Assembly: GCF_001194135.2 (NCBI RefSeq)
Contig: NC_068983.1
Span: 75,549,783-75,613,782, forward strand
Direction of reading: 5' to 3'
DNA: 64,000 nucleotides
DNA from: Octopus bimaculoides
Taxonomy: Eukaryota
Positions 61,739-64,000 of this stretch are shown piece after piece (the stretch's first letter is position 1; every line of letters begins with the position of its first letter). Under the pieces are notes generated by a model. The model was not told the origin of the DNA. It did no database searches and saw only the letters and a list, made by a program, of their open reading frames with translations. The translations under genes and the position numbers were made by a program.

Positions 61739-61858
61739 AAGTATGCGTATGATTAGATATATTTACACACTCACACACGTATATATATTTATGTGTACAT
61801 GTGTATGCATACACGTACACACAAATAAATATATGGATACATGCATACACAAACACAT

Positions 61859-61920
<62 letters not shown>

Positions 61921-63099
61921 GAGAATGTGTGTCTGTCTGTCTGTCTGTCTGTNNNNNNNNNNNNNNNNNNNNNNNNNNNNNNNNNNNNNNNNNNNNNNNN
62001 NNNNNNNNNNNNNNNNNNNNNNNNNNNNNNNNNNNNNNNNNNNNNNNNNNNNNNNNNNNNNNNNNNNNNNNNNNNNNNNNNNNNNNNNNNNNNNNNNNNN
62101 NNNNNNNNNNNNNNNNNNNNNNNNNNNNNNNNNNNNNNNNNNNNNNNNNNNNNNNNNNNNNNNNNNNNNNNNNNNNNNNNNNNNNNNNNNNNNNNNNNNN
62201 NNNNNNNNNNNNNNNNNNNNNNNNNNNNNNNNNNNNNNNNNNNNNNNNNNNNNNNNNNNNNNNNNNNNNNNNNNNNNNNNNNNNNNNNNNNNNNNNNNNN
62301 NNNNNNNNNNNNNNNNNNNNNNNNNNNNNNNNNNNNNNNNNNNNNNNNNNNNNNNNNNNNNNNNNNNNNNNNNNNNNNNNNNNNNNNNNNNNNNNNNNNN
62401 NNNNNNNNNNNNNNNNNNNNNNNNNNNNNNNNNNNNNNNNNNNNNNNNNNNNNNNNNNNNNNNNNNNNNNNNNNNNNNNNNNNNNNNNNNNNNNNNNNNN
62501 NNNNNNNNNNNNNNNNNNNNNNNNNNNNNNNNNNNNNNNNNNNNNNNNNNNNNNNNNNNNNNNNNNNNNNNNNNNNNNNNNNNNNNNNNNNNNNNNNNNN
62601 NNNNNNNNNNNNNNNNNNNNNNNNNNNNNNNNNNNNNNNNNNNNNNNNNNNNNNNNNNNNNNNNNNNNNNNNNNNNNNNNNNNNNNNNNNNNNNNNNNNN
62701 NNNNNNNNNNNNNNNNNNNNNNNNNNNNNNNNNNNNNNNNNNNNNNNNNNNNNNNNNNNNNNNNNNNNNNNNNNNNNNNNNNNNNNNNNNNNNNNNNNNN
62801 NNNNNNNNNNNNNNNNNNNNNNNNNNNNNNNNNNNNNNNNNNNNNNNNNNNNNNNNNNNNNNNNNNNNNNNNNNNNNNNNNNNNNNNNNNNNNNNNNNAA
62901 GTAAATGAGACGCATCTTTGCCTCCACTGATTCACTTGCAAAATGTTGAGTAAAATTATTTCGTTGCAGACCTCCTTTGGGTCTTTTTATTATCACTACG
63001 ACACACATAGTCCCCAGTTGGTAACATTGATTTCAAGGCCCTCCTAGATGAGAGACTGGCATTCCACTTAATGTCTATGTTCCATGCTGGCATGGATTG

Positions 63100-63222
63100 G
63101 AGAGTTATTAATGTAGAAATATGGTATCGTAGCTACTAACAGTTGAGGGTTGCGTAGTCTAGACGGCGTTTTTAGATTTCATTATTCTCTTTAACCCGGG
63201 CAAAGCCGGGTATTTCTGCTAG
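63100..63222 (+). mobile_element. Helitron-type 3' terminus
   Basis: Hairpin ACCCGG-GCAAAG-CCGGGT (63194-63211), then 7 nt, then CTAG (63219-63222) followed by T. The 5' end was not located. Confidence 0.7.
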
Positions 63223-63715
63223 TATATATATATATATATATGCATGTGTGTATACACACACACATATGCATATTAAACATCCTGTGAAATTCTTTCAGTT
63301 TTCTCATATATGAACACACACACACATACACACACACATGCATGACATAGTACTGGAAGAAATTAATTCCTATATTCCCACTTGAAAGGGAATGTCCAGG
63401 AATTATGATATTCTCATATATCAGCCCTTGTTAATGTGTATATATGTTGTATAAACAAAGTTAGAAACAATGAATGAAAGATCTGATGTTAATTCTCACT
63501 GACACATCTCTTAGCAACCAACACTCCGTGGAATTTAGGGACCTGAAGTTATTTTGACACAAACATAGTATCTCCTGTCTTGTCTATGCTTATATGTATT
63601 TGTAATGTGTAAATATGTGTGTGAGTGTGTTTGTTTGTGAGACAGTGTATGTATGTATGTATTATGTATGTATGAATGTATGCATGTATGTATGTGTGTA
63701 TGTATGTGTGTGTGC

Positions 63716-63748
<33 letters not shown>

Positions 63749-63807
63749 TGGGGTAATGATGCAAATAAACACGCATGGGCTTGATGTATATAAAATATAC
63801 ATCTATA

Positions 63808-63975
63808 CAGGGGTGGCTGTGTAGTAAGAAGTTTTTTTCCCAACCACATTGTTCTGGATTCAGACCCGCTGCATGGCACCTTGTGCAAGTGTCTTCTACT
63901 ATAGCCTCGGACTAACCAAAGCCTTTTGAGTGGATTTGGTACATGGAAACTGAAAGAAACCCATAGTGTGTATAA
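63808..63975 (+). mobile_element. SINE A 5' half
   Basis: ggggtggctgtgtagtaagaag...ggaaactgaaagaaaccc. Confidence 0.8.
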
Positions 63976-64000
63976 ATAAATAAATAAATAAATATATATA

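Overview
Repeat-dense, AT-rich animal genomic DNA from a gappy short-read draft: 15 N-gaps totalling about 5.7 kb, most of them flanked by microsatellites. The repeat inventory looks like an octopus/cephalopod scaffold (inference from family composition; no database search was possible). I could not identify any host gene. The long ORFs in the supplied track are artefacts of N-runs and microsatellites, or are transposon relics. Supported content: (1) many 3' ends and two RT fragments of an RTE-clade LINE, one with a PHD-like Cys cluster inside the RT region; (2) four R4/Dong-like LINE fragments covering the RT thumb, CCHC knuckle and restriction-like endonuclease; (3) Penelope-like relics, including a GIY-YIG fragment, two inverted-repeat structures and seven hammerhead-ribozyme-like cores; (4) several tRNA-headed SINE families, some full-length with target-site duplications (TSDs); (5) DNA transposons: a decayed maT/DD37D-like transposase, mariner, Tc2/pogo-like and piggyBac-like MITEs, and a Helitron 3' end; (6) an LTR-like or promoter-like CpG-rich island; (7) a few low-confidence candidate host exons. 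Boundaries of degenerate repeats are approximate (+/-20 bp). SINE family letters A-H are my own labels.
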